Assembly: GCA_050486505.1 (NCBI GenBank) | Contig: JBJHDK010000003.1 | Location: 3,242-67,241 of the forward strand | DNA from: Fibrobacteria bacterium | GTDB lineage: Bacteria > Fibrobacterota > Fibrobacteria > UBA11236 | Direction of reading: 5' to 3' | Length of the DNA: 64,000 nucleotides | In this document: one piece after another, positions 30,252 through 40,700 of the stretch | Numbering within the stretch: position 1 is the stretch's first letter | Layout: the number at the start of each line of letters is the position of its first letter | Notes under the pieces: generated by a model | What the model was told of the DNA's origin: nothing | What the model saw: only the letters and a program-made list of their open reading frames with translations | The model's database searches: none | Made by a program: the position numbers and the translations under genes

Positions 30252-31775
30252 ATGTCTGTTAGAAACGGGAAGTATGGGGCCGGTTACTGGCGCCTCGCTG
30301 GTGCGGCGATTGTTGCCGTGACCTTGGGTGCCGCCGCGACTGTTGAAGCACAAAACTGCCAGGCCTTCACTTCGGCCGCCGATGTCAACGCCAACGCTGG
30401 CGCTTCCCCGAACGTCTGTGCCTTCAATGAGGCCGTCAACGTTCAGGCCCAGACCAACATCAAGCATGTCCTTCTGTATGACTGGTCCGCAGGCGGCCAC
30501 AACCGCGGCCATACCCAGCGCAACATGCTCCGCCTCGCTCGCGACTATGGCTTCCGCCTTGACCGCAGCCAGGCCCAGACCTACATCACCGCCTCGACCT
30601 TGCAGGGCGTCGACATCGTCGTTTTCAACAACGGTGACCAGGACCCCCTGCAGAACTCGACCTCGCTTCAGGCGATGCGCAACTACATCGAGCTGGAAGG
30701 CAAATCGATGTTCGCGACCCACGCGGCACTGGCCTTTATTCCGTGCCCGAACGAGGACATGACCAATGCCAACTGCCGTTGGTTCCTGCGCGCATACCGC
30801 ACGCAGTTCTGGCAGCACAACAACCACTCCTCCAACGCGACCGCACGAATCTACGTCGACTCGGTGACGATCGGCCAGATCCCGCCCAATGCGATCGGTG
30901 TTGACATCCAACCCGCAACCCTGAACCACGGCAAGACCAACGAGGCGACGCGCAACATCTTCGCCGACATCGAAACCATCGGAATCGCCGATCCACGCCA
31001 GCAGCTCCCCATGAATGGCGGGACCGGCGCCACGTCGACCAGCCGCCACATCTGGGACGCTCTTTGGGACGAGTGGTACAATTATCGTAATCACCCCCGC
31101 CGTGAAAACAACGTTGCGGGCACGAACTACGGTGTTGCCGGCGGTCCGACCTATGGCCCCATCAACATCCTGTTGAGCCTTGACGAAACGTCCCAGCCCA
31201 ACAACGTCGGCTGCAACCAGTCGTCGCCCTGCAAGACGGGTGACCGTCCGATCTCGTGGACGCGCACAGTGGGCTTCGGTCTGGCTGCCTACAACAACGC
31301 CGGTCACGGCGACGTGTTCATCCGTACGCGCAGCGTCGGTGGTGCGACGGTCAACGACAGCTTGATGCAGAAGTACAACTGGCGCCTGATGAAGTATCTG
31401 GCCCGCGACTACGTGGGATGCATGGATCCCGGATACGAGGAATACAACCCGCAGGCCTCCGTCGAATGGCTGACCCTGATCGACAACCAGGCGCCCTGCC
31501 AGACACCGGTCTCGGTTCTTCCGGGGACAGGCCGCAACGGGATGCTTCCCGGGGTTCGGGTTGAGGCCGGCGTGGTTCGCGTTCCGACTCCCGAGCATGG
31601 CGCTTATCGCGTGCTCATCACCGACCTGAACGGTCGTACGGTGTTCTCGCAAGCCGCGCTTGGGGGAGCTTCCACCCAAATGATCGAGGCGACGGGACTG
31701 ACACGCGGCAACTACGTCCTGCGCGTCACCACTCCTGACCGGGGCACTGCGGCCACCCGGATCGCATTGAACTGA
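30252..31775 (+). CDS. Secreted ThuA-like domain protein with T9SS-like C-terminal sorting domain
   Basis: AAGGAG RBS, signal peptide; DEWYNY, ILLSLDE, DRPISWTR, GHG motifs; GCMDPGYEEYNPQA linker; tail with TDLNGR and GNYVLRV. Confidence 0.75.
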   Translation: MSVRNGKYGAGYWRLAGAAIVAVTLGAAATVEAQNCQAFTSAADVNANAGASPNVCAFNEAVNVQAQTNIKHVLLYDWSAGGHNRGHTQRNMLRLARDYGFRLDRSQAQTYITASTLQGVDIVVFNNGDQDPLQNSTSLQAMRNYIELEGKSMFATHAALAFIPCPNEDMTNANCRWFLRAYRTQFWQHNNHSSNATARIYVDSVTIGQIPPNAIGVDIQPATLNHGKTNEATRNIFADIETIGIADPRQQLPMNGGTGATSTSRHIWDALWDEWYNYRNHPRRENNVAGTNYGVAGGPTYGPINILLSLDETSQPNNVGCNQSSPCKTGDRPISWTRTVGFGLAAYNNAGHGDVFIRTRSVGGATVNDSLMQKYNWRLMKYLARDYVGCMDPGYEEYNPQASVEWLTLIDNQAPCQTPVSVLPGTGRNGMLPGVRVEAGVVRVPTPEHGAYRVLITDLNGRTVFSQAALGGASTQMIEATGLTRGNYVLRVTTPDRGTAATRIALN

Positions 31776-31794
31776 CAAATCTTTCCCGTGAGTT

Positions 31795-31830
31795 CAAAAA
31801 AGGCGACCACTGGTCGCCTTTTTTGTTTTT
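31795..31830. terminator. Rho-independent terminator with symmetric A/U tracts
   Basis: CAAAAAAGGCGACCA-C-TGGTCGCCTTTTTTG. Confidence 0.85.
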
Positions 31831-32009
31831 ATCCGTATCCGCCGCGATCTTATCAAAACGATCTTTTTATGAAAGAGTGGTCAAGGTTACCCTATATTCG
31901 TTAGTAACTTGAGGATATTTAGGTCTAATTAAAGTAAAGTCAAAAAAATAACCGACTTCAGTTGGTATTTTTTATATTAGGTATGCATTCTTGAACAAAG
32001 TTGGGGAAA

Positions 32010-33725
32010 ATGCAGAAAAAAATTTGCACAGGCGCGGAGGCCCTGATCCATTGTATGGAGCAGCAAGGTGTCGAATACATGTTTGGGCACCCCGGTGGTG
32101 CCGCGATCCCGATTTTTGACGCATTGGTGGACTCTTCCATCAAGTTTATCCTGACGCGCCACGAACAAGGTGCAACCCACATGGCCGACGGCTACGCGCG
32201 CGCGTCCGGAAAGGCCGGAGTTTGCCTGGTGACCTCGGGACCGGGGGCAACCAATACCGTGACAGGCCTTTTGACGGCGCTCATGGACTCTGTGCCTATC
32301 GTCGTGGTTACGGGGCAGACCATCCAGAGCATGTTGGGTCTGGACGCTTTCCAGGAAGCGGACGTGTCGGGTTTGACCTATGCGACCGTGAAACACTCGT
32401 ATCTGGTGCGCGATCCCAAGGATATTCCCAGAATCGTCAAGGAGGCCTTCTACATCGCTGAAAGCGGCCGCCCGGGCCCCGTGCTCATCGATGTGCCCAA
32501 AGACGTTTCCGGTGCCCTCTTTGAGCCGGACTATAACGTCGAAATCGACCTTCCGGGATACTCGGTTCCTTCGGGCGGCGATTCCGTCGCGATCGCTCGG
32601 TGCGCCGACCTGCTTCAGCAGGCGAAGAAGCCGCTTCTCCTCGTGGGACACGGTGCAGTCATTGCCGACGCCAGCAAGCCACTCAAGGAGCTCGTGGAGA
32701 AACTGCAGATTCCTGTGGTGAATACGCTCCATGGAAAGGGCGCATTCCCCGAATCACATGAGCTCAGCCTCGGCATGCTCGGCATGCATGGAACCGCCTA
32801 TGCCAACAAGGCGGTGGTAGAATGTGATCTCATCATGTCCATCGGCTCCCGCTGGGACGACCGCATCACAGGCAAACTTTCGCACTTCTGTCCCGATGCC
32901 GTTAAAATCCACGTGGACATCGATCCCGCGGAAATCGGCAAGATGGTCCGTCCGGATTGCGCCATCGTAGGCGATGCGCGCCTCGTGCTCGAAGAACTGC
33001 TGCCGCAGACGCGCAAGGGCGATACCGCCGCTTGGGTCTCACATGTCAAGAAGCTGCGCAAGCGCTTCCCCCTGCAATATCGCAAGCACGGCGGGCTCAA
33101 GGCGCAGTACGTTCTCGATGAGTTATACCGCATTACCAAGGGCAAGGCGATCGTGACGACGGACGTCGGGCAGCACCAGATGTGGGCGGCGCAGTTTTAC
33201 CGCACCGACCAACGCAACTATTGGATTTCGAGCGGTGGAGCCGGCACGATGGGCTTTGGCATGCCCTCTGCCATTGGCGCGCAGCTCGCCAAACCCGACG
33301 CCCTGGTCGTCGCAGTCGTAGGTGACGGCGGCTTCCAGATGACGCAGGCGGAGTTGGCGACTGCAGCAGTCAACAAGCTCCCGATCAAAATCCTGATCCT
33401 GAACAACAGGTATCTGGGGATGGTGCGCCAGTGGCAGAGTCTTTTCTTCGACAATCGCCTCTCCGGCGTGGACCTCGAAGGGAACCCCGATTTCGTGAAA
33501 CTTGCGGAAGCCTATGGCATGAAAGGCTTCCGCATCAAGCGGAACGCCGACGCGGGTCGCGTACTCGAGCGGGCCTTGGACTATAATGAAGGCCCCTGCA
33601 TCATCGAAGCGGAAGTCGAGAAGGAAGACAACGTCTTTCCGATGATCCCCGCGGGCGCGAGTTATGAGGAAATGGTCCTCGAGGCTCCGCGCCACAAAAT
33701 GGAAAAGCCCACCGGAAGCACTTGA
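32010..33725 (+). CDS. ilvB: Acetolactate synthase large subunit
   Basis: [44 protein letters not shown]...NN, GMVRQWQ. Confidence 0.96.
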   Translation: MQKKICTGAEALIHCMEQQGVEYMFGHPGGAAIPIFDALVDSSIKFILTRHEQGATHMADGYARASGKAGVCLVTSGPGATNTVTGLLTALMDSVPIVVVTGQTIQSMLGLDAFQEADVSGLTYATVKHSYLVRDPKDIPRIVKEAFYIAESGRPGPVLIDVPKDVSGALFEPDYNVEIDLPGYSVPSGGDSVAIARCADLLQQAKKPLLLVGHGAVIADASKPLKELVEKLQIPVVNTLHGKGAFPESHELSLGMLGMHGTAYANKAVVECDLIMSIGSRWDDRITGKLSHFCPDAVKIHVDIDPAEIGKMVRPDCAIVGDARLVLEELLPQTRKGDTAAWVSHVKKLRKRFPLQYRKHGGLKAQYVLDELYRITKGKAIVTTDVGQHQMWAAQFYRTDQRNYWISSGGAGTMGFGMPSAIGAQLAKPDALVVAVVGDGGFQMTQAELATAAVNKLPIKILILNNRYLGMVRQWQSLFFDNRLSGVDLEGNPDFVKLAEAYGMKGFRIKRNADAGRVLERALDYNEGPCIIEAEVEKEDNVFPMIPAGASYEEMVLEAPRHKMEKPTGST

Positions 33726-33747
33726 CCGAAACGCAAACGAGGAAACC

Positions 33748-34302
33748 ATGATCAACGGCACCGTCCGCGTCCCGGTCAATGAGGGACAGGCACAACTCTC
33801 CGCGGCACTGCGGGGCAATCAGCACAGCATCAGCCTGCTTGTCAACAACAAGCCCGGCGTGCTCATCCGTATCGCGCTCGTGTTCGCGAGGCGCGGCTAC
33901 AACATCGATAGCCTCGTGGTGTCTCCGGCACACAACGGGAAGTTCGCGCGCATGAACATCGTCGCGTCCGGAGAGCCAAAAACCCTGGAGCAAATCCTCA
34001 AGCAACTGAACAAGTTGATCGATGTGTTGCACGCCAAGGACCATACCGGTGAAGCTTCGGTCGAAAAGGAACTGGCTCTGGTCAAGGTGCGTTGCGTGCC
34101 GGAGAAGCGCTCAGAGATTCTTCAGATCGCCGAGCACTTCAAGTCCCAGACCGTGGATCTTTCCGAGAACACCTTGATGCTCCAGATCACGGGCGGCACC
34201 GAGAAGCTTGATGCCGCTGAAGCCATGCTCGACAAATACGGCATCCTCGAGATGGTGCGCACGGGCAAGGTCATCATGGCGCGTGGTGAGTCCGGAACCT
34301 GA
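33748..34302 (+). CDS. ilvN: Acetolactate synthase small subunit
   Basis: NKPGVLIRIALVFARRGYNIDSL, KQLNKLIDV, ELALVKV, EMVRTG. Confidence 0.95.
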   Translation: MINGTVRVPVNEGQAQLSAALRGNQHSISLLVNNKPGVLIRIALVFARRGYNIDSLVVSPAHNGKFARMNIVASGEPKTLEQILKQLNKLIDVLHAKDHTGEASVEKELALVKVRCVPEKRSEILQIAEHFKSQTVDLSENTLMLQITGGTEKLDAAEAMLDKYGILEMVRTGKVIMARGESGT

Positions 34303-34328
34303 TTCGGCCCCTTAAAACGTCTTGATCG

Positions 34329-34364
34329 CGAAATGGGGGGCACCTTGTGGGCCCCATTTCGTTT
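34329..34364 (+). terminator. Probable terminator after ilvN
   Basis: CGAAATGGGG...CCCCATTTCG followed by TTT. Confidence 0.5.
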
Positions 34365-34426
34365 AGGGGCCGGAATCGGCCAAGAAACAGGACGTCTGGC
34401 AGGCGGGATCGGGGTAGATTTTCTCC

Positions 34427-35746
34427 ATGAAATTTTCCTTCCCAAGAACCTCCGGGGCATTCAAAATCCTCTGTCCCGCACTTGTGCTTGCAGTCGCGTC
34501 GCAGGCTCAACCGGGGTATGTCAGCCCCCTGACGGGGTCCCTGAACACCCACGATCCCGTGATCATGAAGCAGGACAGCATCTACTACCTGTTCCACACG
34601 GGAAACGGGGCGCAGATCAAGCGATCCACGAACCGGGTGCATTGGGAAACCGGGAGCCCCGACAGGGTGATCCCCCAGGGTGGAAACCCCGAATGGCAGG
34701 CGAAGTACTCGACCGCCAACAGCATGTGGGCTCCCGCTATCGCGCACTGGGGAGGCAAGTATTGGTTGTACTACTCAATGTCGAACTTCGGATCGCGGCG
34801 ATCGGCGATCGGCTTGCGAACGAACACGACCTTGCATCAGGACGATCCTGCCTATGAGTGGGTGGATCAAGGCATGGTGGTTTGCACCTATGACAACGCT
34901 ACCACCCATCCCGAGTGTTTTCACGCTCCCACCCAGAGCGTGACCTCCAATAACGATTCGGCCTTCAATGCGATCGACCCGGACATCTTCATCGATGACG
35001 ACGGCAGCATATGGCTGTCATTCGGTTCGTTCGGCGCCGGAATCCAGTTGATCAGGCTCAATCCCGAAACGGGGAAGCCCTATCCTCCCGAGATGCGTCC
35101 GTTCATTCCCGGCTCGGAACGGCGCACCATCGCTCACCGCTACCACACGCCTGCAGGTTCCGGTTACTTCCATTCCATTGAGGCTCCGGTGATTACCAAG
35201 CACGGGCCGTGGTATTATCTCTGGTATTCGCACGATCGTTGCTGCAACAGCGCGGGGAGCACCTACAAGATCAAGGTGACGCGCGCCGACAATGTCATGG
35301 GGCCCTATTTCGACAAGGACAGCAACATGGCCCACCCGCCCTACAGGGCGGGGGGAGCGACGACCGGAACCTGGCAGGCAGCCAATGCCGGGACGCTGGT
35401 GTCGCAGGGCGACTCCATCAACTGGGCTGCCACCGGCCACAATGACATCTTCGTGGATAACGACACGGTCTTCCTCGTGAACCACGGCTATACCTGGCCG
35501 CAAGGACAGACACGCCTGATGATTCGCCCTTTGTACTGGGATGAGGACGGCTGGCCGACCCTCGACTCGACGCAGGGCGTTATCACGGCGCCCGTGGACA
35601 CTTCGGTCGTTTCCGTAAGGGGGGCCCCTGCCCATGGAGTTGCACCCACGGGCAGGGGCAAGCCGTTGCACCGTGAAGGCGGCTCCCTGCTGGTTCCCTG
35701 GGAGGGCGGGGTGCGCGACTTGCTGGGGCGTGATCCCGTCAGATAA
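34427..35746 (+). CDS. Secreted GH43 glycoside hydrolase (endo-arabinanase-like)
   Basis: Signal peptide; HDP, WAP, NAIDP, SFGSF, IEAP, GHN motifs; short tail ending RDLLGR. Confidence 0.9.
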   Translation: MKFSFPRTSGAFKILCPALVLAVASQAQPGYVSPLTGSLNTHDPVIMKQDSIYYLFHTGNGAQIKRSTNRVHWETGSPDRVIPQGGNPEWQAKYSTANSMWAPAIAHWGGKYWLYYSMSNFGSRRSAIGLRTNTTLHQDDPAYEWVDQGMVVCTYDNATTHPECFHAPTQSVTSNNDSAFNAIDPDIFIDDDGSIWLSFGSFGAGIQLIRLNPETGKPYPPEMRPFIPGSERRTIAHRYHTPAGSGYFHSIEAPVITKHGPWYYLWYSHDRCCNSAGSTYKIKVTRADNVMGPYFDKDSNMAHPPYRAGGATTGTWQAANAGTLVSQGDSINWAATGHNDIFVDNDTVFLVNHGYTWPQGQTRLMIRPLYWDEDGWPTLDSTQGVITAPVDTSVVSVRGAPAHGVAPTGRGKPLHREGGSLLVPWEGGVRDLLGRDPVR

Positions 35747-35795
35747 CCCCGGGCAGGCGCCCCTTCAGGATCCCCCCGCATCAGCTCCCCTGTGC

Positions 35796-35853
35796 CCTGG
35801 TCCTTGCATCGAAAAAGCCTCCGTGGGGAGGCTTTTTTGATGCAAGGACCAGG
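35796..35853. terminator. Long bidirectional terminator hairpin between convergent genes
   Basis: CCTGGTCCTTGCATCGAAAAAGCCTCC-GTGG-GGAGGCTTTTTTGATGCAAGGACCAGG. Confidence 0.85.
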
Positions 35854-35860
35854 TTTCGCT

Positions 35861-36358
35861 TCAGCCCCGGAACTCGGCTACGGCCGAGGTGAGCAGAATC
35901 CATCGGGGAGGGCGTTCGCCACGGTCGGCGGGGAAGTCCACCTGAACCGAGAGACCGAGGCCGTACTTCAGTGCAACGGGCCGGTCGAGGCGGAAGGTGT
36001 TCGATTTGTCGGGCTTGGCGGCGTGATCTCCGAACAGTTCAACATCATCCCAAGCCTGCAACAGATTCGCGCCGTCATAGAGATGCACAGCCGTGATCGG
36101 AGAGCGTGAAGTGTTGTGGTAGTAAAGGAAAACCCGGGTCAGCCGGGGCGTGCCGCCGTCGATCTGGTGGGGGATGGCGAAGGGAAGGTGGAACCAGTTG
36201 CTGGTGGATTCGCGTCCCCAGTAGGTGGAGCCCCAACCCTTGCGGGAGACCTCTTCGATGCGGGAGGGGTACTCGGGACGACTGGCGTTGCCGTGGACGG
36301 AGACGAGGGCCTTGACGGGCCCGCTTTCGACAGGGATCCGGGTTCGTGTGATGCGCAT
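35861..36358 (-). CDS. Hypothetical protein (DUF6623-like, tentative)
   Basis: VHGN...GWG...NWFHLPF...RLTRVFL pattern, recalled rather than verified; beta-rich. Confidence 0.65.
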   Translation of the reverse strand: MRITRTRIPVESGPVKALVSVHGNASRPEYPSRIEEVSRKGWGSTYWGRESTSNWFHLPFAIPHQIDGGTPRLTRVFLYYHNTSRSPITAVHLYDGANLLQAWDDVELFGDHAAKPDKSNTFRLDRPVALKYGLGLSVQVDFPADRGERPPRWILLTSAVAEFRG

Positions 36359-36377
36359 GCGGTTAGTCTAACATTTT

Positions 36378-37388
36378 TCAGGGGTTCGCGCGTCCCGAGA
36401 ACTCCGTTTCGGGTTGCAGCATGGGACCATTGTCGCGATAAACGGGATCCAGGCCTTGCAGGTAGCGGTACAGGGCGCGCAGGTCGGTTTCCGTCATGCG
36501 ACGGTAATTACCCCATGGCATGGGGGAGTCTTCGTGCATCGATCCGGCCTGCATGCGCGCGACGAAGAAGTCCTCGTCCCAAAATGCGATGTGCCCGGTG
36601 GCTGAGTCCGGCGTCAGGTTGGGGCTGACGTACACCATGCCAGGTTGACCGCGCGCCCGGAACGGCATCCCTCCCGAGAGGGGGGCTCCCAGGAAGGCCC
36701 CCGTCTTGAGATTGCGCGGGGTGTGGCAAGATTCGCAGCGTCCCACGACATGCGCGAGGTACTTCCCGTACTCCGCCGTGGCCTCAGGCGGAAAATTGCC
36801 GCGGATTTCCGCGGTGGGCCCGTAAGGCTCGAGGAAATAAGCGAGCGTGATTTTCCCCAGGATGTTGATGTCTTTCCGCGGCCCCACCCCCGGCTCGGGA
36901 GGGAGCGTTCGCAGGTAGGAGATGATGGCGACCAGGTCCGACTCGGCCATGTCGGCGTAGGCGTCCTTGAACGGCAGGGCGATGCGGCCCTCGCGGTTAA
37001 CGCCCGTACGGATCAGGCGGGCGATCTCTCCGTCGCTCATGGTGCCGATGCCCGTCACCGTGTCGGGGGTGAGGTTGGGTGCCGTCCAGTCCCCGAGGAA
37101 GGTGATCTCGCCCGTGCCCCCGGTCAGCGGCACGATCTCGCCGCGGAACATGCGCTCCTTGGCGTGATCGGGCGCATGGCAGTCGGCGCAGTGCGCGGGG
37201 CCGTGCACGAGGTACTGTCCGCGCGCGATCACGTCGGGCTCGTACACCGCGCGCGTGTCGGGCAAGGGAACGTCCCAGGTGCGTTCGTAGGTGCGCAGGG
37301 CGTTCAGCACCAGGCCGGTGACGAGCACGAGCAGCACCGCTGCCGTCGCGGCAAGCGTAATTCCGGTGCGCTTGATCCAAAGTCTCAT
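36378..37388 (-). CDS. Membrane-anchored diheme cytochrome c
   Basis: Two CxxCH motifs (CADCH, CESCH), each followed by PNLTPD; N-terminal TM helix. Confidence 0.9.
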   Translation of the reverse strand: MRLWIKRTGITLAATAAVLLVLVTGLVLNALRTYERTWDVPLPDTRAVYEPDVIARGQYLVHGPAHCADCHAPDHAKERMFRGEIVPLTGGTGEITFLGDWTAPNLTPDTVTGIGTMSDGEIARLIRTGVNREGRIALPFKDAYADMAESDLVAIISYLRTLPPEPGVGPRKDINILGKITLAYFLEPYGPTAEIRGNFPPEATAEYGKYLAHVVGRCESCHTPRNLKTGAFLGAPLSGGMPFRARGQPGMVYVSPNLTPDSATGHIAFWDEDFFVARMQAGSMHEDSPMPWGNYRRMTETDLRALYRYLQGLDPVYRDNGPMLQPETEFSGRANP

Positions 37389-37754
37389 GCCGGGGTTCCG
37401 GGGATTGGGAGTGGGAAATCGGGAACAGGGAAGATACTGAAAATCCGCGCGTGTCCGAACCCCGAAAACCGCTCGGGCGCGGGGCGGGGCCCCGAAGTCC
37501 GGAAATTTTTTTTCGGGAGCTTTTCTGTTTGAACTCAAGGAGTTACGGGGGTACCCTCCCTCGGCCCTGAATTTTTTCGGGGACGGGGAAATCCCTCAAA
37601 ATCCCTTTGAAATCAAGGTTTTATGGCCTTTGCGGGACCTCTTCGAAGGCATTTCGGGCCTTGCAGGACCGGCAAATCAACAGATTAAATTGTCCAATGG
37701 AATGTCGCCGGATTCACCCCCGCCGGCGCCACGACATTCCCCGCAGGAGGCCAC

Positions 37755-40700
37755 ATGCGTTTTCAACGACTCTTCACCCGTGAAGGCAAGAACCCCTTCG
37801 ACTCCGTGCAATATGCGTGGCGCAAGTCACAGGTGCGATCCCTCGATGCATCCTCCTCTTCGGTGATGGACGTCGAAGTGCCTGAGTTCTGGTCGCAGAC
37901 GGCCACCGACATTCTCGCGCAGAAGTACCTGCGCCGTCGCGACGTTCCCGCCGCCGCGGCGGGCAAGGACGGCAAGCCTTCCGCGACCGGCGGCGAGAAC
38001 AGCGTGCGCCAGGTGGTCGACCGCCTCGCGGGTTGCTGGCGCCACTGGGGTGAGCAACTGGGGTACTTCGACACACCTGCCGACGCGCAGGTGTTCTACG
38101 ATGAGACCGTGCACATGCTCCTGCAGCAGATGGCGGCCCCCAACTCTCCTCAGTGGTTCAACACCGGCCTTCACTGGAAGTACGGCATCACCGGTTCCGC
38201 CCAAGGGCACTTCTACGTCGACCCCGCCGATGACCAGGTGAAGGCCTCCGGGGACGCCTACACGCGCCCGCAGCCGCACGCCTGCTTCATCCAGTCGGTG
38301 GACGACGACCTGCTCGGCGAGAACGGAGTGTTCTCGCTCCTGCAGCGCGAGGGGCGCATCTTCAAGTACGGCTCCGGCACGGGGACCAACTTCAGCGCCA
38401 TCCGCGCGGCGGGCGAGCCGCTCGCGGGCGGCGGGGTTTCCTCGGGGCTGATGTCGTTCCTCAAGGTGTTCGACCGCGCCGCGGGCGCGATCAAGTCGGG
38501 CGGCACCACGCGCCGCGCCGCCAAGATGGTCTGCCTCGACCTCGATCACCCCGAGATCGAGGAGTTCATCGACTGGAAGAGCCGCGAAGAGCAGAAGGTG
38601 GCGGCGCTGATGGCGGGATCCGCCCTGCTGCGTGCCGGTGATCAGGCCATGGCCCGCCAGGGCAAGGATGCGGCGGATCCCGCCATCGCGGGCGCGGAAT
38701 TCGTGCCCGAGGGCGTCTGGGATCGTGACCGCGCGCTGTTGGCACAGGGCCAGTCCCTCGGTGAACGGGAAGTCTACGACTCCCATTTCGAGGGGGAAGC
38801 CTACGTCACGGTGAGCGGGCAGAACTCCAACAATTCCGTGCGCGTGCCCAACGGGTTCCTTGATGCCGTGGACTCGGACGGAGACTGGAACCTGATCGGC
38901 CGCGTCGACGGGTCAGTCCGCAAGACGGTGAAGGCACGCAAGCTGTGGGACAGCATCGGGCGCGCGGCATGGAACTGTGCCGATCCCGGCGTGCAGTACG
39001 ACGACCTTATCAACGAGTGGCACACCTGTCCCGCGGACGGACCCATCCGCGCCTCGAACCCGTGCAGCGAGTACATGTTCCTCGACGACACGGCCTGCAA
39101 CCTCGCCTCGCTCAACCTCGTGCGCTTTCAGAAGGAAGACGGCACGCTCGACACGGAGCGCTTCGCGCACGCCGCACGCCTGTGGACGGTAGTGCTCGAC
39201 GTATCCGTCGGCATGGCCCAGTTCCCCTCGCCGCAGATCGCGCGCAAGTCGTACGACTACCGCACCCTCGGTCTCGGTTACGCGAATCTGGGCGCGTTCC
39301 TGATGCGCGCCGGCATTCCCTACGATTCCCCCGAGGCGGCCGATTGGGCCGCGGCCATCACCGCGCAGCTGGGGGGCGAGTCGTACGCGACCTCGGCGGA
39401 GATCGCCGCCAACCTTGGCGCCTTCCCTCGCTTCGCTCCCAACCGCGACTCGATGCTGCGCGTCATGCGCAACCATGAGCGCGCGGCCCGCGCGGTGTCG
39501 GCCTCTGAGTACGAGGGTCTCTCGGTGATTCCGCGCGCCCTCTCCGGAGAGTTCTGTCCCGCGCCCATGGTGAAGGCCGCCCGCGAGTCGTGGGCGCGCG
39601 CCCTGAAGCTCGGCGAGAAGCACGGCTACCGCAATGCGCAGGTGACTGTACTGGCGCCCACCGGCACCATCGGATTGCTGATGGATTGCGACACGACAGG
39701 CATCGAGCCCGACTTCGCCATGGTGAAATTCAAGAAGCTGGCGGGCGGCGGTTACTTCAAGATCGTGAACCGCTCCTTGCCCGTGGCCTTGCGTCATCTG
39801 GGGTATTCCCCCGAGGAGGCCGAGGCCGTGGAACGCTACTGCCTCGGCAGCGGGTCTCTCGAAGGGGCCCCCCACGTCAACAAGGCCACGCTCTCGGAAC
39901 GCGGCTTCACGACCGACGTTCTGCTCAAGCTGGAGAAGGCCCTGCCGCTTTCGCTTTCGCTGGAGGATGCCTTCCACCCCCGCCTGTTGGGCACGGATTT
40001 CCTTGCTGGCCTCGGCGTCAGCCCGGTCGCCCTCGCGGGCGACGGCTACGACGTGCTCGAGTCGCTGGGATTCACCGACGAGCAGATCACCGCCGCAGAT
40101 CTTCACATCTGCGGCGCGCAGACGGTGGAAGGCGCGCCCTCGCTCAAGCCCGAGCACTACCCGGTGTTCGACTGCGCGAGCAAGTGCGGCAAGGGCACGC
40201 GCATGATCGCGCCCATGGGGCACGTGCGCATCATGTCGGCTGCGCAGCCCTTTATTTCGGGCGCGATCTCCAAGACCGTTAACCTGTCCAACGAGGCGAC
40301 GGTCGCCGACATCCAGGGAATTTATCGCGAGGGACACCGCGGCCTGCTCAAGGCCATTTCGATCTACCGCGACGGGTGCAAGCTTTCGCAACCGCTCAAC
40401 GTGCGCAAGGAGCGCAAGAAGACGGTATCCTCCGGTGCTCCCGCTCCGGCGACGGCCCATGCGGTGGCGCGGCCCGGTGCCGCGACCGGCCCCATGCGGC
40501 GGCGGCTTCCGGCCCGTCGCGGCGGGTTCGTGCAGGAGATGACCGTGGGCGGTCACAAGTTGTTCCTGCGCACGGGGGAGTACCCTGACGGAGCGCTCGG
40601 GGAGATTTTCATCGACATGTACAAGGAGGGAGCGGGATACCGCGCCATCCTCAACTGTTTCGCCGTGCTGGCCTCGAAGGCCCTGCAATACGGGGTGCCG

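Noticed and set aside
31869..31904. Short ORF MKEWSRLPYIR upstream of ilvB as an attenuator leader peptide
   Set aside because: Only one Leu and one Ile, no Val run, no RBS; it does not resemble an ilv leader.
37390..37754. Cobalamin riboswitch or NrdR boxes upstream of nrdJ
   Set aside because: I could not find the B12-box elements or a convincing NrdR palindrome by eye; an Rfam/Infernal scan would settle it.
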